Positions 29,335-42,589 of a stretch of 64,000 bases of DNA are shown here, piece by piece. The notes below the pieces were generated by a model. That model did no database searches. It was not told the origin of the DNA and was given only the letters and a program-made list of their open reading frames with translations. The stretch's first letter is position 1; each line of letters begins with the position of its first letter. This stretch comes from Escherichia coli (GTDB taxonomy: Bacteria; Pseudomonadota; Gammaproteobacteria; Enterobacterales; Enterobacteriaceae), in NCBI RefSeq assembly GCF_003334785.1, contig NZ_QOWV01000015.1; one strand, 5' to 3'. Both the position numbers and the translations under genes were made by a program.

Positions 29335-29351
29335 ATTATGAGAGGCTGCAA

Positions 29352-29642
29352 ATGGCGGTTGAAGTTAAATACGTAGTCATTCGTGAGGGCGAAGAGAAAA
29401 TGTCGTTTACCAGCAAAAAGGAAGCCGATGCTTATGATAAAATGCTTGATACGGCGGATCTGCTTGACACCTGGCTGACAAATTCTCCAGTGCAAATGGA
29501 AGACGAGCAACGTGAAGCCCTTTCGCTATGGCTGGCAGAACAAAAAGATGTGCTGAGCACCATTCTGAAAACCGGCAAATTACCGTCCCCACAGGTCGTC
29601 GGTGCTGAATCCGAAGAGGAAGATGCCTCACACGCGGCCTGA
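29352..29642 (+). CDS. yebG: YebG, SOS-inducible protein
   Basis: 96-aa ORF MAVEVKYVVIREGEEKMSFTSKKEADAY...; LexA box upstream. Confidence 0.85.
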   Translation: MAVEVKYVVIREGEEKMSFTSKKEADAYDKMLDTADLLDTWLTNSPVQMEDEQREALSLWLAEQKDVLSTILKTGKLPSPQVVGAESEEEDASHAA

Positions 29643-29660
29643 AGCAACTTGCGCTCCTGA

Positions 29661-30065
<405 letters not shown>

Positions 30066-30092
30066 TGGCTTCTGATAATTCGATTGACCGTT

Positions 30093-30185
30093 GGCGGATG
30101 CGGCGCGAGTGCCTTGTCCGCCCCAGAACGCACCACAATCGTAGGCCTGAGAAGACGCAACAGCGTCGCATCGGGCAATCAGCAT
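30093..30185. repeat. pair of REP-like palindromic elements between yebF and yebE
   Basis: ggcggatgcggcgcgagtgccttgtccgcc and gtaggcctgagaagacgcaacagcgtcgcatc resemble REP consensus. Confidence 0.5.
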
Positions 30186-30391
30186 CAAACAATGCCACTC
30201 AAAACGACAAACTACTTTCACCTAAAATACCCTTATCACCTGATATACAGTAAATACCTTACCTGGCGCGAATTTCTTTGAATAACGGCCTACCGCCCCG
30301 CTTATTTGCGCATCTTTTGTCTCGATATACATTTTCTGACATCCTCATCCGCTATGCTACAGGCACTAAAAATGGTTATTGAGGAGCAAAT

Positions 30392-31051
30392 ATGGCTAAC
30401 TGGTTAAATCAACTGCAATCCCTGCTTGGGCAAAGCAGTTCTTCTACCTCCTCGTCTGCGGATCAGGGATTGGGCAAACTGTTAGTACCAGGCGCATTAG
30501 GCGGACTGGCTGGGCTGCTGGTCGCAAATAAATCAGCACGTAAACTTCTTACGAAATATGGCACCAACGCGTTACTGGTTGGCGGCGGAGCGGTAGCGGG
30601 TACGGTGCTGTGGAATAAATACAAAGATAAAATTCGCGCGGCGCATCAGGACGAACCGCAGTTTGGCGCGCAAAGTACGCCGCTGGATGAGCGTACAGAA
30701 CGTTTGATCCTTGCGCTGGTCTTTGCCGCTAAAAGTGATGGTCATATTGATGCCAAAGAACGTGCGGCAATCGACCAGCAATTGCGTGAAGCCGGCGTGG
30801 AAGAGCAGGGGCGTGTACTCATTGAGCAGGCAATCGAACAACCGCTGGATCCACAACGCCTGGCTACCGGGGTCCGCAATGAAGAAGAGGCGCTGGAAAT
30901 CTATTTCCTGAGTTGCGCGGCTATTGATATTGACCATTTTATGGAACGCAGTTACCTGAATGCACTGGGTGACGCGCTGAAAATCCCCCAGGATGTTCGT
31001 GACGGCATTGAACGCGATCTCGAACAGCAAAAACGCACTTTGGCGGAATAA
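30392..31051 (+). CDS. yebE: YebE, DUF533 inner-membrane protein
   Basis: 219-aa [31 protein letters not shown]... Confidence 0.85.
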   Translation: MANWLNQLQSLLGQSSSSTSSSADQGLGKLLVPGALGGLAGLLVANKSARKLLTKYGTNALLVGGGAVAGTVLWNKYKDKIRAAHQDEPQFGAQSTPLDERTERLILALVFAAKSDGHIDAKERAAIDQQLREAGVEEQGRVLIEQAIEQPLDPQRLATGVRNEEEALEIYFLSCAAIDIDHFMERSYLNALGDALKIPQDVRDGIERDLEQQKRTLAE

Positions 31052-31232
31052 TTCCGCTCTCTGGATAGCCTGAAGTTGACTATTTCGGGCTATCCAGAAC
31101 CGCACAGCCATTTGAACAGGTTGATTTTCTCTGTCTGCATAACATTCGATATCCGCGCCATTACCTGTCATCATCTAAGCAATGACGACCCTGTTTCGCT
31201 TGCATCCCCGGTGAGTTTTGCCACCCTTATAA

Positions 31233-33979
<2,747 letters not shown>

Positions 33980-34002
33980 GGCATGCTCCAGGCCGAAAAA
34001 GC

Positions 34003-34659
34003 CTAGCGTAATGGAATGATATCGCCTTGCCAACCCTGTGATGAACGCTGACCGACTAACAATAATGAACCATGATCGGCGCGAACGATGAGACGACCAT
34101 ATTCATCCCATAGTGCACTGTTACCACGGGCATTTGCCATCAGCACAGCAATCGAGTACTGATGTGAAAAAAATTGTAAGCGACGGGCCGACGCCAGCAG
34201 GTCGGGTTCTCCCAGACATTGCCCTGTCGTAAACAGTGAACAGGTCGGGTCCATATCCATACCTTGCGGTTGTTCATCTACCACCGTGATGGTTCTGGAA
34301 CGACGGCCCAGACATGCACCATGACTCTGATGGTAGATCCCCGGCGTTTTTCGCCACGGTGCGAACACCGCAATTCCACGAATAAAGCGATCGTTATATT
34401 CAACGGGAAGGCCGGCAATGATGGTCATTCGCCAGGTCGTTGCGGCATAACAAAGCGGGTCTAACAGTGAGAGATCGGGTGGGGCAGGAAGGGCACGTCG
34501 CGAATAATCACACCCCAGTAAAGAAAGCGATGGAAAAACTAACAGCTGACATTGTTGCCTGGCGGCGGCCCTCACAAACTCCAGATGATGAGCTACCTGT
34601 TCGGTGAGTGAGGTTTTACGAGGCTCATATTGCGCTGCTGCAACTTTCCAGAACGACAT
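34003..34659 (-). CDS. yobB: YobB, carbon-nitrogen hydrolase (nitrilase) superfamily protein, uncharacterised
   Basis: 218-aa ORF MSFWKVAAAQYEPRKTSLTEQVAHHLEF...; immediately upstream of exoX. Confidence 0.8.
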   Translation of the reverse strand: MSFWKVAAAQYEPRKTSLTEQVAHHLEFVRAAARQQCQLLVFPSLSLLGCDYSRRALPAPPDLSLLDPLCYAATTWRMTIIAGLPVEYNDRFIRGIAVFAPWRKTPGIYHQSHGACLGRRSRTITVVDEQPQGMDMDPTCSLFTTGQCLGEPDLLASARRLQFFSHQYSIAVLMANARGNSALWDEYGRLIVRADHGSLLLVGQRSSQGWQGDIIPLR

Positions 34660-34760
34660 AATGACTTCCTTTTCAAAATGACTGCAAATTATGGGTGCGG
34701 TTTAGAAAATACTCATAATTTAGCAGGCGTTATGTAAGAAAGTGTAACTCTGTATAAGTT

Positions 34761-34991
34761 TTATTTAAGTTTGGGCTCGTAAGGTAAACGTGACAGATTG
34801 ACCGAAGCCAAACGGTGGGCAATAAGCCGCTCGCGAAACCAGCTGCGCAAATGTTCAGGCTGTTCACGTTCAACCGCTTCAGCGATCACCGGCATATTGT
34901 AGCGTTCTTTAAATGCCACCCCGGCCGCCGCCAAATCGACATTCACTTTATCCATTTCTGTTTGATCCAGTTTAGCCAGATTCTTCAGCAT
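34761..34991 (-). CDS. holE: DNA polymerase III theta subunit
   Basis: Trimmed to [35 protein letters not shown]..., 76 aa. Confidence 0.85.
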
Positions 34992-35129
34992 TCTTAATCT
35001 CCTCATCATTCGCGGGCAAAAGTTACTAAGAGTGAGCCTGGATGGCAAGCCGGAATTGATGATCCTCGACTCAGACATTAGACAAGGTTATGCTCTGTAA
35101 AAAAGTTATTACAAAAAGGAATAGATAAT

Positions 35130-35504
35130 ATGGCTTCAACTGCACGCTCCCTTCGCTACGCGCTGGCAATCCTGACCACTTCGTTGGTGACACCTTCCGT
35201 CTGGGCACATGCGCATTTAATGCATCAGTATCCTGCGGCAAACGCGCAAGTGACAGCATCTCCGCAGGCAATCACTTTAAACTTCTCGGAAGGCGTTGAA
35301 ACAGGATTCAGTGGTGCAAAAATCACGGGGCCAAAAAACGAAAATATTAAAACATTACCGGCGAAGCGAAATGAGCAGGACCAAAAGCAACTGATTGTTC
35401 CACTGGCCGATTCGCTGAAACCCGGAACCTACACCGTTGACTGGCATGTTGTTTCGGTGGACGGGCATAAAACGAAAGGACACTACACCTTTAGCGTGAA
35501 ATAA
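35130..35504 (+). CDS. yobA: YobA, CopC-family periplasmic copper-binding protein
   Basis: 124-aa ORF with signal peptide; CopC-like. Confidence 0.85.
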   Translation: MASTARSLRYALAILTTSLVTPSVWAHAHLMHQYPAANAQVTASPQAITLNFSEGVETGFSGAKITGPKNENIKTLPAKRNEQDQKQLIVPLADSLKPGTYTVDWHVVSVDGHKTKGHYTFSVK

Positions 35505-35507
35505 ACC

Positions 35508-36380
35508 ATGCTGGCGTTTACCTGGATCGCGCTGCGATTTATCCATTTCACCTCGCTGATGCTGGTTTTTGGCTTCGCAATGTACGGTGCCTGGCTGGCC
35601 CCCTTAACGATTCGTCGTTTGCTGGCGAAGCGTTTTCTGCGTTTACAACAGCACGCTGCCGTCTGGAGTTTGATCAGTGCCACTGCAATGCTCGCCGTTC
35701 AGGGCGGGTTGATGGGAACGGGATGGAAAGATGTATTTTCGCCAAACATTTGGCAGGCTGTTTTGCAAACGCAGTTTGGTGGCGTCTGGTTATGGCAAAT
35801 TGTTCTCGCCCTCGTAACGTTGATCGTCGCCCTTATGCAACCGCGGAATATGCCACGTTTGCTGTTTATGCTCACTACCGCGCAATTTATTCTGCTGGCG
35901 GGAGTGGGGCATGCGACGCTGAATGAAGGGGTAACGGCGAAAATCCATCAGACTAATCACGCGATTCACCTGATTTGTGCGGCGGCGTGGTTTGGGGGAT
36001 TACTGCCGGTGCTCTGGTGTATGCAACTCATCAAAGGCCGTTGGCGACACCAGGCTATTCAGGCGCTGATGCGTTTTTCCTGGTGCGGGCATTTTGCGGT
36101 GATCGGCGTACTGGCAAGCGGCGTGCTTAATGCATTGTTGATTACCGGATTTCCCCCCACGATTACGACTTACTGGGGCCAACTCTTATTGCTCAAAGCC
36201 ATCCTGGTGATGATTATGGTGGTCATTGCGCTGGCTAATCGTTATGTTCTTGTACCGCGCATGAGGCAGGATGAAGATCGTGCGGCTCCCTGGTTTGTGT
36301 GGATGACTAAACTCGAATGGGCGATAGGTGCGGTAGTGCTGGTGATCATCAGCCTGCTTGCGACTCTCGAACCTTTTTGA
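35508..36380 (+). CDS. yebZ: YebZ, CopD-family inner membrane protein
   Basis: 290-aa polytopic ORF; 3-bp gap from yobA. Confidence 0.85.
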   Translation: MLAFTWIALRFIHFTSLMLVFGFAMYGAWLAPLTIRRLLAKRFLRLQQHAAVWSLISATAMLAVQGGLMGTGWKDVFSPNIWQAVLQTQFGGVWLWQIVLALVTLIVALMQPRNMPRLLFMLTTAQFILLAGVGHATLNEGVTAKIHQTNHAIHLICAAAWFGGLLPVLWCMQLIKGRWRHQAIQALMRFSWCGHFAVIGVLASGVLNALLITGFPPTITTYWGQLLLLKAILVMIMVVIALANRYVLVPRMRQDEDRAAPWFVWMTKLEWAIGAVVLVIISLLATLEPF

Positions 36381-36392
36381 TGGATTACGAAA

Positions 36393-36734
36393 ATGATGAA
36401 AAAAAGTATTCTGGCGTTTCTGTTACTCACCAGTTCTGCAGCGGCGCTGGCTGCACCGCAGGTGATTACCGTCAGCCGTTTTGAAGTGGGTAAAGACAAA
36501 TGGGCGTTTAATCGCGAAGAGGTGATGCTGACTTGCAGACCGGGTAATGCTTTGTATGTCATTAACCCAAGTACCCTCGTGCAGTATCCTTTAAACGATA
36601 TCGCACAGAAGGAAGTTGCCAGTGGGAAGACTAAAGCCCAACCCATTTCGGTGATTCAGATTGATGATCCCAACAATCCCGGCGAAAAAATGAGTCTGGC
36701 ACCGTTTATAGAACGAGCTGAAAAACTCTGTTAA
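36393..36734 (+). CDS. yebY: YebY, DUF2511 periplasmic protein
   Basis: 113-aa ORF with signal peptide [20 protein letters not shown]. Confidence 0.8.
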   Translation: MMKKSILAFLLLTSSAAALAAPQVITVSRFEVGKDKWAFNREEVMLTCRPGNALYVINPSTLVQYPLNDIAQKEVASGKTKAQPISVIQIDDPNNPGEKMSLAPFIERAEKLC

Positions 36735-36761
36735 TTACCTAAAATAGCCTTTTGATTTCCA

Positions 36762-36805
36762 ATAAAAAAACCGCCTCAGTTCTTTCACCAGAACGGGCGG
36801 TTTTT
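36762..36805. terminator. bidirectional terminator (yebY on plus, RyeA on minus)
   Basis: aaaaaaaccgcctcagttctttcaccagaacgggcggttttt. Confidence 0.7.
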
Positions 36806-37040
36806 AACATTTAAGCTGATGACCACCGCGCTTTTTATTGACCATTTTGCACGCAAACTGGAAAACCTGGCGTCGTCATCTATTCTTAAAGGGCAAGGCA
36901 ACTAAGCCTGCATTAATGCCAACTTTTAGCGCACGGCTCTCTCCCAAGAGCCATTTCCCTGGACCGAATACAGGAATCGTGTTCGGTCTCTTTTTATCTG
37001 TTAAAAGCCAGAAGCATTTCCTTCGCTGACTTTATAGTCA
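36766..37040 (-). ncRNA. ryeA: RyeA (SraC) antisense sRNA overlapping SdsR
   Basis: Known sense/antisense pair at this locus between yebY and pphA; boundaries approximate. Confidence 0.4.
36896..36995 (+). ncRNA. sdsR: SdsR (RyeB) sigma-S-dependent Hfq-binding sRNA
   Basis: Recalled sequence gcaaggcaactaagcctgcattaatgcc...ccatttccctggaccgaatacaggaatcgtgttcggtctcttttt with 3' terminator hairpin plus T-run on plus strand; 5' end approximate. Confidence 0.6.
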
Positions 37041-37129
37041 ACCATAACACACACTCTACTGTCTGAGTCCAGCATTTTTTAACATTCTTGTTAAGATTAT
37101 GTGATCTTTAGCGCGGGAGGAAAATATTG

Positions 37130-37786
37130 ATGAAACAGCCTGCGCCCGTTTATCAGAGAATTGCGGGTCATCAATGGCGACATATCTGGCTTTCTGGCGA
37201 TATACACGGTTGTCTTGAGCAGTTGCGCCGCAAATTATGGCATTGTCGTTTTGATCCGTGGCGAGATTTACTTATCTCAGTGGGAGACGTTATCGATCGT
37301 GGGCCGCAAAGTTTACGTTGTCTGCAGTTACTGGAACAACATTGGGTTCGTGCGGTAAGAGGCAATCATGAACAGATGGCGATGGATGCGCTGGCATCCC
37401 AGCAGATGTCTTTATGGTTGATGAATGGCGGCGACTGGTTTATTGCGCTGGCAGATAATCAACAGAAACAAGCGAAAACGGCGCTGGGGAAATGTCAGCA
37501 TTTGCCCTTTATTCTTGAAGTACACAGTCGCACCGGCAAGCATGTTATTGCTCATGCCGATTATCCAGATGATGTTTATGAATGGCAAAAGGACGTCGAT
37601 TTGCATCAGGTCTTGTGGAGCCGCTCGCGATTAAGTGAACGCCAAAAAGTGCAGGGAATTACAGGTGCTGATCATTTCTGGTTTGGTCATACACCGTTGC
37701 GACATCGCGTGGATATTGGCAACCTGCATTATATTGATACCGGTGCTGTCTTTGGGGGCGAACTGACTCTTGTGCAATTGCAATAA
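37130..37786 (+). CDS. pphA: serine/threonine protein phosphatase 1 (PPP family)
   Basis: MKQPAPVYQRIAGHQWRHIWLSGDIHGC... metallophosphatase motifs GDxHG, GDxxDRG, GNHE. Confidence 0.85.
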   Translation: MKQPAPVYQRIAGHQWRHIWLSGDIHGCLEQLRRKLWHCRFDPWRDLLISVGDVIDRGPQSLRCLQLLEQHWVRAVRGNHEQMAMDALASQQMSLWLMNGGDWFIALADNQQKQAKTALGKCQHLPFILEVHSRTGKHVIAHADYPDDVYEWQKDVDLHQVLWSRSRLSERQKVQGITGADHFWFGHTPLRHRVDIGNLHYIDTGAVFGGELTLVQLQ

Positions 37787-37978
37787 TTAAAAATCACCGT
37801 ACTCCTGTGCAGGTCGCCAGAAACCATCTATAAAATCCTCAATCGGAAAACAACCGCCATGGCGGATCCGTTGATCGCTCATAGAATGAAGACACTGCTG
37901 TTCCGTGTTGTAGACATCCACAACAATATCTTCACAACCGCCATCCAGGTAGCAAACAAAAAGTACCAGCGCGAACAT
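37787..37978 (-). CDS. yebW: YebW, small uncharacterised protein
   Basis: Track ORF 37787-38062 trimmed to internal Met MFALVLFVCYLDGG... (63 aa); identity from synteny and recall. Confidence 0.55.
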   Translation of the reverse strand: MFALVLFVCYLDGGCEDIVVDVYNTEQQCLHSMSDQRIRHGGCFPIEDFIDGFWRPAQEYGDF

Positions 37979-38082
37979 TTCATCCCCGAAGTGTGGTGCC
38001 GTACCGTTAAGTTTAGGAGAGATTTTACAACGGGGGAATAACCAGGACAAATAACCCGCCATGCCGACGGGTTCTTTTTGGA

Positions 38083-38319
38083 TCAGGCAAGACGCATAAT
38101 CCAGGCATCAGATTGTTGATCGTAACGGGTACGGTAAAGGACAGAGTGTTCGCCATTTAGCAGGGCAGGGATACTGGTTTCAGCATCCCAGGCATCCAGT
38201 TGCATACATAAATCGGGGTCAGATTTACAAGGAATGGTTAACGTTCGATCACCCGGCGATTCACCGTGTAATTCGCCGTCGTCGATTTCAAAAGCGCCTA
38301 TGCGCACACTGGTTTTCAT
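38083..38319 (-). CDS. yebV: YebV, small uncharacterised protein
   Basis: Trimmed to MKTSVRIGAFEIDDGELHGE..., 78 aa. Confidence 0.7.
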   Translation of the reverse strand: MKTSVRIGAFEIDDGELHGESPGDRTLTIPCKSDPDLCMQLDAWDAETSIPALLNGEHSVLYRTRYDQQSDAWIMRLA

Positions 38320-38436
38320 CTTCGTGCTCTCCATTTAGCTGCCGATTGTGGTACGACCAGTCCGATCGCACCATTTTTCAGCCTAGTTGAGGCCGCCGAA
38401 TGTGCCAGTCAAAAAGTGCGCTTTTTTTGTGCGCTG

Positions 38437-39876
38437 TCAGGCGTTACCGGTAAAAAGTTTCCCATCGCGCACCAGTTCACGCGGATAGCTGTTTTTCAAT
38501 CGCGAACCAATCCGTTTGGCTAAACCAATCGGTTGATGCTGGAAAGTAACCAATACATCATCCGCCACTGGCGCGGCTTGCGGGTAAACATCGCGCCCGC
38601 GATACCACTCCTCCGCTTCCTGCGGTGTCAGCTCGAATGCATTCATATTATCGGGTGAGGCAAGAGCAATAACCGCTTCATGCTGCCAGCGATAACCTTT
38701 GTTGTGCGTCTCGGCAAGTTTAATCCCCAACCGAGAAAATCGGACTTTACCGATCAGGGCTTCAATGCCCACCGGGAACAACCACAGTTCTTTGTCACGC
38801 TGCCAGAGGCGCAGGTTTTCATCCCAGTTTAAGCCAACACCTGCAGCCGCCTGCCGAATTTGTCCAGCTTCGCGATCTTTCACCGGGCTGAACGGAAAAT
38901 TGCCCACTTTGTATGTTGGGGTGGGTAAGGCGGGAATGGCCTGAGTTTTACGCAGACGAGCAACGAAGAAGCCTTCGCAGTCGTAAATTTGTGGGAAAAC
39001 ATGCAAAAAGCCTTCTTCGGTCAGCGCTTTGTTTGCAGCAGGGAAGAGCTCGCCAAGTGGTAAAAACTCTACTGCGTCAGGGTAAGTCTCTTTCAGCCAC
39101 ATGCAAACGGCTTCGTTTTCTTCCCTGTTTAAGGTACAGGTCGAGTAAACCAGCGTACCACCAGGACGTAATGCATGAAAGGCGCTGTCGATAAGCTCCC
39201 GTTGTGTAGCTGCGATTTCCTGATTGCTTTCTGGTGACCAGTTTTTTAGCGCATCGGGATCTTTACGCACCACGCCTTCGCCAGAGCAGGGAGCGTCCAG
39301 CAAAATGGCATCGAACATTTCTGGCACTGCCACACCAAACACGCGGCCATCAAAATGTGTGAGCGCAACATTACTGATGCCACAGCGGCTGATATTGGCA
39401 TGTAACACTTTTACCCGACTGGCGGAAAACTCATTGGCAAGGATTGCCCCTTCGTTATTCATCCGTGCGGCAATTTGCGTCGTTTTGGAGCCTGGCGCAG
39501 CAGCGACATCCATCACCCGCTGTGGTGCATTACCGTCAGCAAACAAGGCGGCGACGGGCAACATTGAACTGGCTTCCTGAATATAAAACAGGCCGCTTAA
39601 ATGCTCGGCGGTACTACCCAATGGCAATGCATCTTCATTGTCGCGTTCAATCCAGAAACCTTCTTCACACCACGGAATTGGCGTAAGCGTCCAGCCATAA
39701 GGAGCGGTTAATTGCAGGAAATCAGCAACGGAGATTTTCAGCGTATTAACGCGAATGCTGCGGCGCAACGGGCGCTGACAGGCGGCAAGAAAATCATCAA
39801 AAGAGAGCGTCGAAGGCATCGCTTCGCGCATTTGCGTCAGAAAGGCGTCCGGGAAATAAACGGTGTGTTGGGCCAC
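38437..39876 (-). CDS. rsmF: 16S rRNA m5C1407 methyltransferase
   Basis: SAM-dependent RsmB/F family ORF; GTG start for 479 aa. Confidence 0.9.
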   Translation of the reverse strand: MAQHTVYFPDAFLTQMREAMPSTLSFDDFLAACQRPLRRSIRVNTLKISVADFLQLTAPYGWTLTPIPWCEEGFWIERDNEDALPLGSTAEHLSGLFYIQEASSMLPVAALFADGNAPQRVMDVAAAPGSKTTQIAARMNNEGAILANEFSASRVKVLHANISRCGISNVALTHFDGRVFGVAVPEMFDAILLDAPCSGEGVVRKDPDALKNWSPESNQEIAATQRELIDSAFHALRPGGTLVYSTCTLNREENEAVCMWLKETYPDAVEFLPLGELFPAANKALTEEGFLHVFPQIYDCEGFFVARLRKTQAIPALPTPTYKVGNFPFSPVKDREAGQIRQAAAGVGLNWDENLRLWQRDKELWLFPVGIEALIGKVRFSRLGIKLAETHNKGYRWQHEAVIALASPDNMNAFELTPQEAEEWYRGRDVYPQAAPVADDVLVTFQHQPIGLAKRIGSRLKNSYPRELVRDGKLFTGNA

Positions 39877-39955
39877 GAGCATATACCACTGGCAAAAAAA
39901 CAGGCGCGCAGTTTAGCATAAACGCTCCGGCGCAGGCACGCCGGAGCAGTGGGCA

Positions 39956-42589
39956 TTATTTGGGAAGCGCAGTACCCCATTCACGCCACTCTTTCGGTTC
40001 ACTTTCCTGCAACAGGAAGTGCTTGCCTTCCTGGGCTTTCGGTGCCAGTGGCGTCCCCGGAGGCGTGGCGAAGGCGATGCCGCCACGGATAAACTGGTTA
40101 AAGGTGCCGGTTTTCACTACGCCGCCCGTCAGACCAAAGTCCAGACTGTAACCCGATGCCAACCAGAAGACGGAATTGTTACGCACCAGGTGTTGATAGC
40201 GTTTACTGATGCGCATCGCAATCATCACGCGATCTGACAATGTCCCCAGCGTCATTCCTGTAACCGTACCGACTTCCAGACCACGGAACAGCACAGGCGT
40301 ACCGATGCCTAACGAACCGGCTTCCGGCGCTTCAACAATAATGCTTAAGCCATCCAGGTAACGCGAATCAGTAATGGTGGCCTCTTGTAATTCAAAGTCG
40401 CGGCGAGGATTGCCCCGGCCTGGTTCGACGTTGATATACGGCTGGAGGATAGTATCAAGATGCTCAACGCCAGCTGCCGAAATTTGCGGTGTGACCAGTG
40501 AGAAGCGCGTACCACCGCGAGCAAAGGTCTGGACATATTCCGGATAGAGCACCGCCTTTGCCTGTACTTCATTGCGCGCGGTAATCAGATCCAGCGTCTG
40601 GATTTGCCCGATATCAATACCGAGATAGCGAATTGGCATCCCGACCGCCAGTTTTCCGGCATCGAAAGCGTGAAGCGTAATCTGCCCGCCAACCGCACGG
40701 GCCGCTGTTTCGGAAGCATACAGAATTCGTTTGTCGCCTTTACGCTGACTGGCGCTGGCACCGCTGAGGTTATCGAAGCTAATGGCTCCCTTTAATGCTC
40801 TGGAGAGCGGGGATGCCTGTACGGTCAGGCCACTACCATTCAGCTGAACTTTCGCCCCGCCTTCTGCCCAGAACACGCTATTGCTGGTCAGAAGGTTGCG
40901 ATACTCCGGCTTAATATGCAGATCGATATCAAACGCGTTAGCTCGCGGACGGACGGTAATAACTTCACCAACTTCAAATTTACGGTAGAGCACTACCGAT
41001 CCTGCCTGCACATCCGGCAGCGTCTCTGCACTCAAACTCACGGTTGTGGTGGGTAAATCGCTAAGGCTGTTCTCCAGCGCTTTTTCCAGATTGGCATACA
41101 GTGGATAGCTGGCTTTCATCTCGCCTTTATCGCCCGGCAGAATACGTATCCCGCCGTTAATCCATTCTGAGGCGCTGGCACCGAGAAACTCAACGCCATC
41201 CAGCCCCACCTTCACGTCGACACGGCTGTTGACGACAAATTTGCTATCGCCTTTTACCAGTTCTCGATGCTGAGGCTCGATGGCGACGGTAAAGGTGACG
41301 CCTTTGCTGGTGAGTTTACGATCGATAACCAGGCCTACCTGCACGCCGTGAAGAATGAGCGGCTGACCCGCATCAATACCGTAACTTTCCGGTGCGGTCA
41401 GGGTCAGCGTCAGAACATCAGGTTCATGCAGCAGTGCTTTTTCGCCTGGCACAACAACGAACTCTTTGCGTGGCTCGCCATCGCCGGGTACCAACTCGAA
41501 GGTTTTGCCAGTCAGCAGGGCGCTGAGATTGGCATCGCTAAGGGATAATTTCGGGTTGCGTAATTCGATGCGGGTATTTTCCCGTAACAGCGTAACGACG
41601 CTGGGATCAACGGTCATTTCTCCGGTGACTTTACCACCAGGATTTAAATCCAGTTTAGTCAGCTGTCCGACTTCCAGCCCCTGATACATTAACGGCGTCG
41701 AGTCGGCGGTTAATCCTGCCCCACTCGGCAGTTCCAGTTTTATTATTACGCCACGCTGGCTGTGGGCCAGATCTTCATACAGACCAAAGGTATCTTCCGC
41801 CTCGGCAGGTTTCGACTCTTCTGGTGAATCGAAGGCAATCGCACCGTTAACCAGTGCCGCCAGACTTTCCAGTTTCACCTTCGCGCCACTGATACTGACG
41901 TTGGCATCAACGCCGGAAACGTTCCAGAAACGGCTACCTTTTTTCACCAGGTCGGTAAAACGCCGCTCGATCAGGACATCAATCACCACGCCTTGCTTGT
42001 TGGGATTGATGGCATAGTCGTAGACTTTTCCCACCGGGATCTTGCGGAAATAGACCAATGAACCGCTGTTCAGCGAACCGAGATCGGGGGCTTGCAGGTG
42101 GATCATCAGATCGCCATTGTCCAGCCGATATTTCGGTTGGGTATCGAGTGCGACAAAGTGATCCTGCTCTTTACCTTTACCCGGCATCATGCCGATATAG
42201 TTACCACCGACGAGGGCGTCCAGCCCGGAGACACCTGCCAACGATGCTTTTGGCGTCACCAGCCAGAACTGAGTCTCTTCGCGCAGCGCATCTTTCATAT
42301 CGGACTTGATGCTGACCTTGACTTCAATCTTACGAAGATCGTCGCTGAGGCTGATATCCTGCACTGTTCCGACTTCAACGCCCTGATAACGAACAGGCGT
42401 ACGGCCCGGAACAATACCATCCGCCGACATAAAGTCGATGGTGACGGTATTACCCCGGTCCTGATAACTGTCCCAAATCAGCCAACCGGCAATCATTAGC
42501 GCGATGAAAGGCAGCAGCCAGAAAGGTGAGATACGGCGTTTATTTTTAATCTGCGCTTCAGTCGTCGAAGCGGGCGTTTCCTGACTCAT
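39956..42589 (-). CDS. letB: LetB (YebT), multi-MCE-domain lipophilic envelope-spanning tunnel protein
   Basis: Trimmed to [31 protein letters not shown]... (877 aa); N-terminal TM then repeated MCE domains. Confidence 0.9.
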   Translation of the reverse strand: MSQETPASTTEAQIKNKRRISPFWLLPFIALMIAGWLIWDSYQDRGNTVTIDFMSADGIVPGRTPVRYQGVEVGTVQDISLSDDLRKIEVKVSIKSDMKDALREETQFWLVTPKASLAGVSGLDALVGGNYIGMMPGKGKEQDHFVALDTQPKYRLDNGDLMIHLQAPDLGSLNSGSLVYFRKIPVGKVYDYAINPNKQGVVIDVLIERRFTDLVKKGSRFWNVSGVDANVSISGAKVKLESLAALVNGAIAFDSPEESKPAEAEDTFGLYEDLAHSQRGVIIKLELPSGAGLTADSTPLMYQGLEVGQLTKLDLNPGGKVTGEMTVDPSVVTLLRENTRIELRNPKLSLSDANLSALLTGKTFELVPGDGEPRKEFVVVPGEKALLHEPDVLTLTLTAPESYGIDAGQPLILHGVQVGLVIDRKLTSKGVTFTVAIEPQHRELVKGDSKFVVNSRVDVKVGLDGVEFLGASASEWINGGIRILPGDKGEMKASYPLYANLEKALENSLSDLPTTTVSLSAETLPDVQAGSVVLYRKFEVGEVITVRPRANAFDIDLHIKPEYRNLLTSNSVFWAEGGAKVQLNGSGLTVQASPLSRALKGAISFDNLSGASASQRKGDKRILYASETAARAVGGQITLHAFDAGKLAVGMPIRYLGIDIGQIQTLDLITARNEVQAKAVLYPEYVQTFARGGTRFSLVTPQISAAGVEHLDTILQPYINVEPGRGNPRRDFELQEATITDSRYLDGLSIIVEAPEAGSLGIGTPVLFRGLEVGTVTGMTLGTLSDRVMIAMRISKRYQHLVRNNSVFWLASGYSLDFGLTGGVVKTGTFNQFIRGGIAFATPPGTPLAPKAQEGKHFLLQESEPKEWREWGTALPK

